A DNA stretch of 64,000 nt from Octopus sinensis. Taxonomy: Eukaryota. The notes under the pieces were generated by a model that did not search any database, had not been told where the DNA came from, and saw nothing but the letters and a program-made list of their open reading frames with translations. This document shows positions 1 through 14,500 of this stretch, in pieces. The first letter of the stretch is position 1. Every line of letters begins with the position of its first letter. The stretch covers positions 194,742,001-194,806,000 of the forward strand of contig NC_042997.1 of the NCBI RefSeq assembly GCF_006345805.1, written 5' to 3'. A program made the position numbers and the translations under genes.

Positions 1-11
1 AGATCTGAATA

Positions 12-57
12 CCACCTGATGAATGTCCTTAGAAGAGACACGAAACAATTGTAGTAG
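12..57 (+). ncRNA. Degenerate minimal type I hammerhead ribozyme in a Penelope-like terminal repeat
   Basis: CTGATGA (16-22), stem II ATGTC/GACAC, GAAA (42-45), palindromic helix III ACAATTGT, GUA cleavage triplet (51-53), stem I CCAC/GTAG with one mismatch. Followed by an AT-rich tail and (TA)n. Confidence 0.65.
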
Positions 58-699
58 CGAATTTAATTTTATTTAATTTATATAAATTTTTTATGTATTG
101 GATTAAGTCTTTCTTTGTTTGATTTGCATAATAGTGGTTTTGTCTCTAATTAATATTATATATATATATATATATATCGCCTATATATATATATATCGTA
201 TTTACCTGGCCGGAGTTTTTCGCGGCAACCACATAGTCTCCGCTAGATAGCTGACCAGCGCAAAGCTTCTACATTTTTACGGAGACCACAAGCCCCATAA
301 ATATGGAATCACACACACACACACGACTCACTTCCTCCAGTTTCCTCCTATCAAATCCTCTCGCAAGACACTTGACCAAGGTGCCGCGCAATGGGACTGA
401 ACCTAAAGCCAGATGATTAGAAAAATGATAAAAAAATTTTTTAATTCTTAATCCATCATTGTAGTCCTGGGTGAGGGTCTTTCTGGATCTGGTTATCCCG
501 CGGTGGTGGGTAACAAACGTACAAAGATACCGACTACCATATCTACTAACAAGATTTGGGTCGGTCCGGGGGTCCGTTTTCCAGAAAGTTATAGGAAACA
601 GTCGTGAGGCAGGACACACATCTGTAATTATGCCCTCTTCGTATCATTAGATCCAGAGAACCGTCTTTAACGTAAGTTTTATTGTTGTCTGTACCATTT

Positions 700-950
700 T
701 ACTTAAGCTTCTTGAACGACAGATTTGCAACTGCGATCAACACCAAATGTAGCGAAAAGTGCTTTACAGTGGAATCCGTATGGATATAGAAGGAAAGGTA
801 GGCCTAAGAACTCGTGGCGTAGATCAACACAAAAGGAACTAGAGAAAGGGGGACATTCATGGCAGAGTATAAGTACAGAAGCGAAAAATTATACGACCTG
901 GAATTCAACTATAAGTGGCCTATGCTCCGCGTTGGAGGGTTAGAGGCAGA
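700..950 (+). mobile_element. RTE-clade LINE 3' fragment
   Basis: ALQWNPYGYRRKGRPKNSWRR...LCSALEG* is a typical RTE ORF2 C-terminus. Confidence 0.8.
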
Positions 951-1140
951 AAAAAGATCAACATCCTAGAGAGATGGGCTCCACTCACTGATCTATTCTT
1001 GAGATATACAGATCTTCAATGATGACTTTCATAACTTTATAATTTCTATGTAGGCTCAAGTAATTGATGTATGACCCTGTTTACATGCAGGCGAAACTCA
1101 GAGCAACGAGAGGCTGACTCGACCAAAGAAAATACATTAA

Positions 1141-1560
<420 letters not shown>

Positions 1561-1984
1561 TCCATACACACACATACATATATGATATGGGTGGGGTGAA
1601 CACTGACTAAGGATAAATAATGCTTATCCAGTCTGTGCCACGTCTATCCACTAATCTTTAGAAATAAATAAATAAACGCAATTGACGACGGATTAACCGT
1701 CAAAAATATAAATATCTGGCGAGTTTAACAAACAAACACAGTTGCCAATACAATCGTTTAATTCTATCGTATACCGGATCCCGGCTCGCGAAACTATTTA
1801 AAGTCTTAAAGAAGAATCTTCCGGTTTTCTCCAATATTTTTCCTAACGGTTCCGTGAGGAAAAGAAAAAAAGAAAAAGAAAAATAGAACAACAGGAGCAA
1901 GAAGACGGAAATGGTTAATTGGTCAGAAATGTTAAATTTCAGTAAGAGGTTTGAATTTTCTTTATGTTCTGGCAAAAATGTAGG

Positions 1985-2024
<40 letters not shown>

Positions 2025-2607
2025 GGTTATAGCTGTTGTTGCTAATAGAGGTCTGGTACATTATCTTGGACTGTCTTTATCAGAGTTTTTGTATATTCCA
2101 TTTTCACTTTCACACTTCAGAGGAAGACCCCCCTCCACTCGTCGGGGCTTCTCGTTGCTAAGGTTAACAATCAGTCGTGAGGTATAAAAAATACATACAT
2201 ACATACATGCATACATACATCCATACATACATGCATACATGCATACGTACATACATACGTACGTACATACATACATACATACATACACATACCGTGCGGC
2301 GTTAAAAAGGAGACACCTCTTCACCAACTCCTTACGTACGGTCGTAATCCCTACACATACATACATATGCAGACACACACAGACACGTATACACATGCAT
2401 ACATATATACTAAAAAAATTGTTTTCTAATTATTTATTTTCTGCTTTCCAGCAATAGGTACACAGTGTGTGTGTGGTGTGTGTGTGTGTTAATCAGCTGA
2501 ACAGTTAAAAGTGATTCAAGGGGTGACTTTTTTTTTCGTGGATTGGGTTTATTAAACGAAAAGTTTTAGATGCCGTGAATGAGTTATTTTCCTATTATTT
2601 TAAGTCG

Positions 2608-2650
<43 letters not shown>

Positions 2651-3989
2651 AAAATAATATGTGACAATTATTCAATAGCCAACTCTGAGTTTCGGATGCC
2701 GAGGTGGAAATTGTCACATATTATTTTACAGATAAATTTCCTCTATTTACTTAATATTGAGGTCTCTTTCTTTCTTTTGTTATCTTACCGTTTTTACCAA
2801 TACACACACACACACATATATATACTCATATATTGAGTTCCATTTCTCCTGTTGGTTTCACCAAAAAAAAAAAAAACTCATATGCACACACAAAGAGAGA
2901 GATAGATGCGTTAGGTGAGCCATGCATATGTTTATATGCATACATTTACACATGTGATTCATATAGATATAAATATATACACACACTGTTTATCGACCGT
3001 TTAAGCTCAAACGCTCGCTTTGTCTCTTACAAATTCAACAACGCCCTCAACATGTAATGCTAACATGTATAATTCTTTGCTGTTTTTGTTTTTCACCCAC
3101 CGCTCTTTTTTTTTTCCCTCGACCCCTTTGAGAGACTTTTTGTTTCAGATTATCGTATCGAATTCAGTACTTATTTACGGGATTTACATCAGCACACTTG
3201 TTTCTGGCCTCTTTCTTGTACCCCTCTCTCACTCACTATCCCTGTTCTCTGTCTATCTATCTACCTATCTCTCTGGGTAACCACGTACCTCCTCTATAGC
3301 AAGACACCTATTCCTGCCTCTCTAACCTTTCATCATTTGATACTGGATCACTTCCTCTAATGACCCCCTCTGTTGTGGCAAGACGACTGCTTCTGTCTCT
3401 CTGTCTCTTTGTCACACTCTAACCTTTCATCTAATCACAAGTTTCCCTCTTCAAATGCCCTGCTCCTCTCATAATTCCTTGTCTTGCGAGTTACTTGGTT
3501 ACCCTGCCAGTGTTGGTGCCATGTTAAAAGCATCCAGTCCACACTGTAACATGCTTGGCATTTGGAAGGGTATCCAGCTGTAAAAAAATCATGCCAAAAC
3601 TAAATTCACCTGAGCTAGTGCCACATATAAAGCACTGACTCCACTCTGCAGAGTGGTTGGTGTTAGGAAGGACATACAGCCGTAAAATCCCTGCCAAAAC
3701 AGACACAGTAGCCTAGGGTAGTCTTCTACCTGGCCAGCTCCTGTCATCCAACCTACCCATGCATGCATAAAAGATGAACATTAAATGATGATAATGATAA
3801 ACGATACCTGTTTTGTATCGATGTAAACAAACTCTGACGATTAGCGAAACTTCGAAGTCCCTGACACCAATTTTCCATGTGAGAATAAACACCTTACTCT
3901 TTTCTTATTCATTGAGTGCCTTTTCAATGAAAGCTTCTCTTTATATATAATTTATTCATAAAGCACTTGTGTCAATATCTATCTGTCTA

Positions 3990-4057
<68 letters not shown>

Positions 4058-6282
4058 ATCATCATCATCATCATCATCATCGTTTAACGTCCGTTTTCCG
4101 CGCTAGCACAGGTTGGACGGTTCGACTGGGGTCTGGGGAGCCAGGGGCTGCTCCAGGCTCCAGTCTGATCTGGCAGTGTTTCGACAGCTGGGTGCCCTTC
4201 CTAACGCCAACCACTCCGCGAGTGTAGTGGCTGCTTTTTAATATATATATATATTCTATTATTCTTTTATTCTTCTATTTCTTTCAGTCATTTGACTGTG
4301 GCCATGCTGGAGCACTGCCTTTAGTCGAGCAAATCGACCCCAGGACTTATTCTTTGTAAGCTTAGTACTTATTCTATCGGTCTCTTTTGCCAAACCACTA
4401 AGTGACAGGGATGTAAACACACCAGCATCAGTTGTCAAGCAATGTTGGGGGACAAGCACAGACACACAAACATATACATCCATATATATATATATATTTA
4501 TATATACATACACACACAATATATATATATATATATATATACATACCCACACACATACAAGAATCTCCCATGTGTTAACATGTACCTCCTTGCAACAATG
4601 TAAGCTTTCGTTTAATCAAGATATCTTTGGCCTCAAGAGTAGCCTATGGTATACACCTTGCTTGGATATTTACCACTTCCGAGGTTCCACTCGCTATGAA
4701 ACATACGTAGCCCGGATCTTATCTACTTCATTCCTTAACTCTTGTATTCTTATTCACAGACCTAGCAACCCTGGTTGCCTATTGTGAAATACTAAAAGAA
4801 CATTTCTCAGTTTATTGTACTTCAATACAAAAAAAAAAAAATCCACAACCTTCTGTCCCAGTAAACCAATTGTCCCTGAAAGTTGTTTTTATATTTACTA
4901 CGGATTGCTTGATGCTAACTTTCTTCCTACACCTCAATCCCTGGATCTTCTGGTGTGCAGCCTTCTGGCTCACCAGCCCTCAGTCAAACCGTCCAAACCA
5001 TGGAAAGTGGACGTTAAACAGCAATGATGATGATATATATATATAGCCACTCTATCTTGGCATGTGTTACATCCTCATGTTGTTTTTTTCTTGTCTTTTT
5101 TTCTCTTGTGTTAATTAACTATATATATATATATATGTATATATGTGTGTGTGTGTGTGTGTATAATATAAATAATAATAAATGCGCCCTTTTAAAGCCT
5201 AGCCAGGCTCATGGGCCCAGTTTCCTGGTTTCTATGGTATATGTGTTCCCCAGCTGGACAGGACGCCAGTCCATCGCAGCGTTACTGATTTTTGCCAGCT
5301 GAGTGGACTGGAGCAATTTGAAATGAAGTGTTTTGCTCAAGAACACAACACGTTGCCAGGTCCAAGAATCGAAACCACAATCTTACGATCATGGTGCTGA
5401 CACCCTAACCACTAAGCCACGCGCCTCCACACACACACACACACATATATATCAAATTCGATGACAGCGCCGCATGACTGGCATCCATGCCTGTGGAGCC
5501 CTGGGCTGCTGACTGACTCCCGTGCCAGTGGCAAGTAAAAGGCACTATTCAAGTGCGATCATCACCAGCGTCACCTTACTGGCACATAAAAAACAACATT
5601 CAAGCGAGGTTGTTGCCAGTGCCGCTGGACTGGCTCCTATGCAGGTGGCACGTAAAAAAACGCCATTTGAGCGTGGCTGTTGCCAGTACCACCTGACAGG
5701 CCCTTGTGCCGGTGGCACATAAAAGCACCCACTACACTCTCGGAGTGTTTGGCATTAGGAAGGGCATCCAGCTGTAGAAACTCTGCCAGATTAGATTGGA
5801 GCCTGATGCAGCCATCTGACTCGCCAGTCCTCAGTCAAACTGTCCAATCCATGCCAGTGTGGAAAGCGGATGTTAAACGATTATGATGATGATGATGATG
5901 ATGATATAGACACAGGTATAGATGTATGGTCTAGAAGCTTACTTCATAACTATATGTTTGAGGGGGGAGAGAGATGGCAATTTTGAGAAAGTCAACAGAA
6001 TTTTATGGGGCAGGGATACATGCTCTCATTCGAAGATGGAACATTGCTATTCAGAGAAACGGTGACTATGTTGAGAAGTGGGGATGTGATCCACAGAGGA
6101 CCAGCTTCATTTTGATGTATGATACATGTTCCCGTGTTGGTAATTATACCTCTCCTAAACAAAATGGCATTACTTTTTGACTCACCCTCGTAATAACACC
6201 AAATTCGTAACAGCTAAATTTGTACTTTCTATCTGTTCAATCATTTCCAAAAATAGTTTGAATGATTGTTTTCTCTTTCTCT

Positions 6283-6687
6283 TTCTCTTTTACTTGTTTC
6301 AGTCATTTGACTGTGGCCATGCTGGAGCACCGCCTTTAGTCGAGCAAATCGACCCCAGGACTTATTCTTTGTAAGCCCAGTACTTATTCTATCGGTCTCT
6401 TATGCCGAACCACTAAGTGACAGGGACGTAAACACACCAGCATCAGTTGTCAAGCAATGCTAGGGGGACAAACACAGACACACAAACTCACACACACACA
6501 CATATATACACATATATACATATATACGACAGGCTTCTTTTCAGTTTCCGTCTACCAAATCCACTCACAAGGCGTTGGTCGACCCAGGGCTATAGCAGAA
6601 GACACTTGCCCAAGATGCCACGCAGTGGGACTTAACCCGGAACCATGTGGTTGGTTAGCAAGCTACTTACCACACAGCCACTCCTGC
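6283..6687 (-). mobile_element. SINE family A (tRNA head GCAGGAGTGGCTGTGTGG, central microsatellite, (AAAGAGT)n tail)
   Basis: Full copy. Other copies near 4255-4540(-), 7222-7762(-), 16948-17491(-), 19712-20125(-), 24720-25020(-), 37830-38170(-), 40008-40345(+), 54775-55150(-) and 62715-63112(+). Confidence 0.85.
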
Positions 6688-7461
6688 GCCTATTTTAGTT
6701 CTTACAACTATTTCAAAATTCATTTTGTTATTGAGCAGTAAACAGTTTGTGATGGATGAAGAGCGTGTAATTTTACTTTGTCAAACAGCAGCAGTGTTTT
6801 ATCACTGTTTTTACTTTGGTTTCTCACCAAATACACTTCCCACCCTCTCTCATGCTCTTACTCTCTTACTCTCTACCTATGTGTGTATGTTTAGTTCTAT
6901 CTGCACAGCTGGAGAATGAAATGAGAATGGTGTCATTACAGCAACTGCCTTGAAATGCCAAGATTACTGCTAAAAAAATCCACCTTTTTAAAGACTCATT
7001 ACAAGGTTCTAGAAAGTCAGATCATATGATGGCTTGATGCTGATTGGTCAGTTAATCAGCCAATCATATGAAACGACAATGACCTCCACACAGCATTCAC
7101 TCGGCTGTCCATCAATTTGGTTTTGAATTTGCTACATGCACAACACCTTAACCACTAAGCCACGCATTCACCAAATACTCTTTGCACCCTTTCTCTCTCC
7201 CTCTCAATCTCTCCCTATCTATACTCTTTTACTCTTTTATTTGTTTCAGTCATTTGACTGCGGCCATGCTGGAGCACTGCCTTTAGTCGAGCACATCAAC
7301 CCCAGGACTTATTCTTTGTAAGCCTAGTACTTATTCTATTGGTCTCTTTTGCTGAACCTCTAAGTTACGGGGATGTAAACACACCAGCATCAGTTGTCAA
7401 GCGATGTTGGGGGGACAAAAACAGACACACATGTACATATACACACACGTACATACATACA

Positions 7462-7492
<31 letters not shown>

Positions 7493-7500
7493 TATACATA

Positions 7501-7582
<82 letters not shown>

Positions 7583-8325
7583 TACATATATACAATGGGC
7601 TTCTTTCAGTTTCGTCTACCAATCCGTCTACCAGATCCACTCACAAGGCTTTGGTCGGCCCGAGGCTATAGTAGAAGACACTTGCCCAAGGTGCCACGTA
7701 GTGGGACTGAACCCAGAACCATGTGGTTGGTAAGCAAGCTACTTACCACACAGCCACTCCTGAGCCTATATATGTATGTTTAATTTTTAAAAATTACTTT
7801 GGATCTTTGTTGTTTTCATCACTGTTTACAATTTTGTTTCGATTGTTTTCAAATTTGGTATCTGGATATAAGATTTGTATACTAATTATGAAAATGAAAT
7901 TCATTTTTCCTTGCAAAAATTTGGATATTTAAGCCAATTAGATGCAAGTATTTTACATATCACTATGGCGAAAATTTCTATTTACATAGTAACCAAAACA
8001 AAGAAGCACCATGTGTTGCATAGCTGGTTGCAAAGAAATGTTTCCATGGTAACCAAAGATGCTGCACATGCGCACAAGGAGGAGAAGGAGATACAAGAAA
8101 GATAATTTATTTTTTTAATCCTAGTTTAATCTTTTGACATGCTGATGCCACCACCCCCTCCCCCCAATGTTAGAAGAGGCAGCAAATGTGCTGTTTTCTA
8201 ATTGGCTGAAAATTCTGAAAATTATCAAACTTTGAACACCTGTAACATTTTTTCAAAATTTTTTCTAGAATAAATGAATAACAAATTTCAGGTTCAGCAT
8301 CAAAAATTACATCTATATCTCTGTA

Positions 8326-8719
8326 CTAGCAGTATCGCCCGGCGTTGCTCGGGTTTGTAAGGGAAATAATTATATAAGCATTTTTAGAGATGTAAAGTAT
8401 AATAGCCATCTCAATATGGCTAACCACAAAGAGGGAGGGGTGTTACTGTAGCTTTTTACGTTCTGAGATTTAATAATAAATTTTAGAGAGTTACTTCCCT
8501 TATATATGTCAAAAATGGATTAAAAATGGGAAAAATTGATGGTAAATTTTTTTTTAAATCGTAGACTCGTCGTAGACGCGCGCTAATACCCAGACGGTCT
8601 CGATATGAATCACGACTATAAGATACCGGTTTTGGTTAAACTGCACCGCAAAATGTGGGAGTAGTTAGGAATCTAAATCGTAGGAGACAGACACACAACC
8701 TCACTTTTATATATAAAGA
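8326..8719 (-). mobile_element. Non-autonomous Helitron, family 1
   Basis: Minus strand: 5' TC start, 3' hairpin CCCG-AGCAACGC-CGGG shortly before the terminal CTAG, inserted at A|T with no TSD. Confidence 0.7.
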
Positions 8720-8878
8720 TTTCCTCTATTTACATAATATTGAGGTCTCTTCTTTCTTGGTATCTTACTGTTTTTACCAATATACATATATATATATATA
8801 TAAATATATATATAGTTACAGAGATGTACTTGCATAGCAAGTGACTTGATCTGAGATCGTGTGCTGGAACGAAAACAG

Positions 8879-9135
8879 TTGCAGCGTGAAGGTGTTTATA
8901 AGCCATTAAGAAACACACAAAAACCGTTAGATTCACTTCAACATTTAAATTTAATTTGTCAAAATATTTTCATCGCTTTGAGACCGCGACCTGTTAGCAC
9001 GATATTTTTGTCAGTGAACAGGTCGCGGTCTCAAAGCGACGAAAATATTTTGGCAAATTAAATTTAAATGTTGAAGTGAATGTAACGGTTTTTGTGTGTT
9101 TCTTAAATGGCTTACAAACACCTTCCACGCTGCAA
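8879..9135. repeat. Long palindrome (about 118-bp arms, 21-nt spacer)
   Basis: 8879-8995 is the reverse complement of 9017-9135 with few mismatches. Confidence 0.9.
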
Positions 9136-9479
9136 TATATATATACACACATATATATATATGTATGTATGTATGTATGTGTGTATATGTGTATGCATGT
9201 ATGTGTGTGTGTGTGCGTGTCTGTGCTTGTGATTGTCCTCCACCACTGCTTGACAACGAATGTTGGTTTGTTTACATCCCTGTCACCTAGTGGTTGACAA
9301 AGGAAACAGATAGAATAAGTACAATGCTTACAAAAATAAAAGTGGAGTTGATTCATTAACTACAATTCTTCAAGGCATTGCCCCAGCATGGCCACAGACC
9401 AATGGCTGGAAAAAGCAGAAGAATAAAAGAATACATTCTCTGCTTTGGTCTTATGTTCAAGGCATGAGAAAGCTTGAGT

Positions 9480-9870
9480 TTACATGAGGAGGCCTAACAG
9501 ACCTGGTAGAAACAGCAGCCAAATCTCCTCAAATCACACCTTACTGTCTTATGTATGTATATATATATGAGCCAATGAGGGGGACCTCTACATGGTAGCT
9601 AGACCTGGTAGAAATAGCAGCCAATTTCCCCCAAATCACACCTTACTGTCTTATCTATGTATATATGTATGTATGAGCCTATGAGGGAGACCCCTACATG
9701 GCAGCTAGACCTGGTAGAAATAGCAGCCAAATTTCCCCCAAATCACACCTTACTGTCTTATCTATGTATATATGTATGTATGAGCCTATGAGGGAGACCC
9801 CTACATGGCAGCTAGACATGGTAGAGAAATAGCAGCCAAATCTCCCTCAAATCACACCTTACTGTCTTAT
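9480..9870. repeat. Minisatellite, about 104-bp unit x about 4
   Basis: CCTGGTAGAAATAGCAGCCAA...AATCACACCTTACTGTCTTAT recurs near 9501, 9603, 9708 and 9815. Confidence 0.85.
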
Positions 9871-10265
9871 CTTTCTGCTACTTGGATATAGGTGTTATAT
9901 TCGTCGTAAAAAACTTTCCTATCACCACACTCACGCACACGCACACACACACACACACCACGCACCCTCACACACAACACACACGCGCACACACACACAC
10001 CCACTCACACACACGCACGTTAGCTTACAATTTTATTTATATATTTGCGTGTGTATGTGTGGAAAGAGGAAGTGGGAAGCAGAGTGAAAGAATCACTCAC
10101 TACAGTAAGTCAATTACTTTCATTTTATCGTTGCCCACTGTGTGTGTGCGTTTGTGTGGTGTGGTGTAAACCAGACTAAGAAAAGCATTTGACACACACA
10201 CCAGAATGTGAGTTTTCTGTAAATTTTGCTTAATTGGAGTTTAAATTTTAAAAACTGGACCTGGC

Positions 10266-10299
10266 ATGACGCGATGCATTGTACTCTTAAAACTGCTAG
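10266..10299 (+). CDS. Candidate first coding exon of the RGS gene (MTRCIVLLKLL)
   Basis: ATG followed by a strong donor TAG|gtaaat in phase 1, matching the phase-1 acceptor at 15112. Gives a plausible amphipathic N-terminus MTRCIVLLKLLEFIKK. Too short to prove. Confidence 0.3.
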
Positions 10300-11427
10300 G
10301 TAAATTGTAATTGAAGAAATCCTATATTGTAGATTTGTATAACTCCCAAAGGGAGGCAGATAAAATCTGCCTTTTATAATAAGAGATAAGAGATATATAA
10401 ACGGCAAAATGTCTCTGTGTGTGTGTGTGTGTGTGTGCATGTCCTTTATACAAATCCACAAATTTTCAGTTAGAGGGCTCGCACTTTCTATGGTCATTCA
10501 AAACCGTCCAAGGGTGGTCGTGCACATCTTTACATTTCCCCAGTCACCCCGCAAAGCCATTAAAAAATCAATAGAAGTGACCTTTTTGTGAATTTTCTAT
10601 CCAAAACCCAACCAAAATGCCTGAAACTTGATACGCCAATTGAATGCCAGCTAGCTGTATGTGATTGGTTGGAGATTTGGACAGTACTCGCGTGTATGGG
10701 CGCACGCACGCAGCTGTATATGCATACAATAAAAAAATTTTTTAAAGATAATTGTAAACAGTGACAAAAACCACAAAGATCCGTTACTTTCTTTACAATG
10801 CTACTAATGTGTTCACGTATAGTCAATTGTATGTTTCTCAGAGTTGGGGATCCATCAGCCATACAGATTTTAGCTGGTCAACGTCAATTTACTATGCCAA
10901 GAAGATCTCACAAGGAAAACATCATCATCATCATTGTCATCGTTTAACGTCTGCTTTCCATGCTAGCATGGGTTGGACAGTTCGACCAGGGTCTGGGAAG
11001 CCAGGAGGTTGCACCAGGCTTCAGTCTGATCTGGCAGTGTTTCTACAGCTGGATGCCCTTCCTAATGCCAACCACTTCGTGGTGGGTGCTTTTTACGTGC
11101 CACCAGCACAGGTATCACAACTACAATTTCCATTTGATTTTTATTTTGATGTTGATGTACTTGACTCAATAGGTCTCCTCAACCACAGCAGGTCGCCCTA
11201 CAATCCAAGGTAAGCACAGCAGGCCGTTCTGCAATCCAATGTACATGTGAAGCTGGTGGTGTCGGATAAATGGTGTGACTTATCCAAAGAAGAATGATGA
11301 AAAATTTAATAATGTTGGGATTGGTTTTCCATTGACTTTATATAAGAAACTACTTACCAGGTCGGCCTAGAACAATGTAGAATTCCATGCCATAGATACC
11401 AATGTTAGGATCATACTTAATTCCTTA

Positions 11428-11586
<159 letters not shown>

Positions 11587-14500
11587 TTAAAATGTTGTAT
11601 GCAGAAAGAAAAGTAGTTAAAAAATTACACATGTCTTGACTTAATAAATATTTGTTTTATTTGAATATTATTTTACCATTTATTTAATTCTTTATTGAAT
11701 ATATGCCTGGCAACGTGGCTGTTGCCAGCCTCCCCTGGCACCTGTGCTGGTGGCATGTAAAAAGCACCCACTACACTCACGGAGTGGTTGGCGTTAGGAA
11801 GGGCATCCAGCTGTAGAAACACTGCCAGACTAGACTGGAGCCTGGTGCAGCCTCCTGGCTTCCCAGACCCCAGTCAAACCGTCCAACCCATGCTAGCATG
11901 GAAAACAGACATTAAGCGATGAAGATGAAGATGATGATGCCTGTATTTCACTGAAACAAATTATTACTTATTCTGATCATAAAACTATGGGTCATGCACT
12001 AGTCGTCATCGTCATCGTCATCCTCTGTCTGTTTTCCATGCTGGCATGGGTTGGATTCTTTGACCAGAGCTGGCAAGCTAGTGAGCGGCACCAGGCTCCA
12101 ATTGTCTGTTTTTGCATGGTTTCTACAGCTGGATGCCCTTCTTAGTCCCAACCACTTTACAAAGTGAGCTAGGTGCTCTGTATGCGGCACCAGCATGGAT
12201 GTTTTTTATGTGGTAGCAGTATGGGTACTTTTTACATGGCGCCAGCACAGACACTTACCACATAGCACTAGCATGGGTGCTTTTTTGCATCTCATCACCA
12301 TCATCATCATCATTTAACATCCACTGTCCATACTGGTATGGGTCGGATGGGTTGACCAGAACTGGCAAGCTGGGGAGCTGCACTAGACTCCACCTGATTT
12401 GGCATGGTTTCCACAGCTGGATGTCCTTCCTAATGCCAACCAGTTTACAGGGTGTGCTGGGTGCTTTTACATAGTACCACACAGGTGCTTTTACGTTTAA
12501 CCACCACAAGTGCTTTTCACCACCAGAAGGACCGGTCTTAACACTTCTGTTGTGGAGTACGGGTCTTCTTGAGTACAGCATGGCACCAAACATCTTGGTC
12601 CTTTATTATCTCACCTGAAAGGTTCAGCATCCTGAAGTCATTCTTCAACCTACATCTTCCGTCTATTTTCAGAGATCAGCACTTCTTTATGGGGGCTGAC
12701 GGTATCCATCGTATGTACGACTGTGTTAATTAGAGACACATTGAACAGTGTTAAATTAAATATAGGTGTGTATATAAAATCATGTGAAGGCACATGGCCT
12801 AGTGGTTAGAGCAGTGAACTCGCAGTTGAGGGATCGCGGGTTCGAATCTCAGACCGGGCGATGTGTGTGTTTATGAGTGAAAACACCTAAGCTCCACGCG
12901 GCTCTGGCAGAAGGTAACGGCGAACTTCTGCTGACTCTTTCGCCACAGCTTTCTCTCAATCTTTCCTCCTGCATCTTGCAGCTCACCTGCAACGGACTGG
13001 TGTCCCATCCAGGTGGGGAACCTATACGCCAAGGAAACTGGGAAACTGGCCCTATGAGCCAGGGATGGCTCGAGAAGGAACAAACAACAACAATATAAAA
13101 TCATAATTATCATGCTCATGTACATTCAGGCATTAAAAAAACATATGCTGCTGTAATTGTCTCATAAGAACAAAATTCTTCTTTTAGACAAGATATTCGA
13201 AAAACACATTGGGCTGTGAATGATGTCATTGGATGGTGTTTATAATCACTAAGAACTTGTTGGTCTTATATTAATTAGAACAGCAAATGGTACATTTGCT
13301 GATGTGTACAAAGCTTCCTTTAGGTAGAAATTGGTTTGTCCATATTACTCCATAAAGAGCATAGGGCTGGTTTCCCAGTTTCTCTGACGTATATATTCCC
13401 CCTTGGACAAAATAGTGGTCTGTCTCAAGATTACCCCTTTTTACCAGTTGAGTGAACTGGAGCAACATGAAATGAAGTGCTTTGCTCAAGAACACAATGC
13501 ATTGACCAGTCCAGCAATTGAAACCACAATCTTACAATCATGAGTCTAACACCCTAACCACTAAGCCATGTACCTCCACTTTTAGGTAGAAATGAAGTTG
13601 GGAAATATATGAACATTACAGTAATTCCTACTTATTGTTTCTCATGAACATTAGACAGTATGCTTTTGTGAGGTACCGTTATTTGGTCTTGATTAGATGT
13701 TTTGTTACAATATTTCTGTTGAAATTTAGCTCACCAGGTGAAATGTTTATCGGTATTTCATCTATTTACGTTCTGAGTTCAAATTCTGCCAATAAATTAG
13801 GTACCAGTCGTGTATTGGGATTGAATGGCATTCTTCCCCAAAACTTTTGGGCCTTGTATCTAGAGTAGAAATGAATATTTATGTTGAAATACGATACTTT
13901 TGCTTCAATTAATTTTTAGAATAACGAAGAATTTAGTGAAATAAGTTTATCATTTATCCATGCCTCCACTGATGTTCACAATTAAGCACACCTTCACTGT
14001 GTACCCCATTCACTGTATTTTACTCTATCCCTATCTCCATCCATTTACCATGCTCCTTCACACTCCCATGAACTTAAGCACCTATAACACTTCTCCTATA
14101 TTCACCATTCTTGATTTTAAGGCTCTGCCCTGACACATCTTCACCATCTTGCTCTTTCTTTTCCAACTGGAGTAACCATATATCTCTCCTACAGCAAGAC
14201 ACCTGTCTGTGTCCCTCTGTCAAACTCTAGTCTCTCGTCACCTAGCATTAAGCCAACACCCTCACTGTTACACCCATCACAGTTGAAGGGTTTTGTCTTG
14301 CATGTTAGTTGGTGACCTCACCAGTGCTGGTGCCACATGAAAAGCTCTTTGTGCAATCTGTAAAGTGGTTGGAATTATGAAGGGTATCCAGCTGTAGAGA
14401 CACTGCCAAAGCATACAGTAAAGTTTGATGCAGTCCTCTGGTTTTTTACCTCCTGTCAAACCATCCAACCCATTCCAGCACAGAAAACAGATATTAAATG

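Noticed and set aside
2121-2180. Possible small + strand exon after ttcacacttcAG
   Set aside because: No frame links cleanly to both a start exon and exon 15112. It may be UTR or chance.
7339-7783. ORFs rich in YI/HT/CV/LSIY repeats here and at 1231-1599, 9011-9356, 16882-17553, 18132-18515, 34317-34580
   Set aside because: These are translations of microsatellites inside SINEs, not genes.
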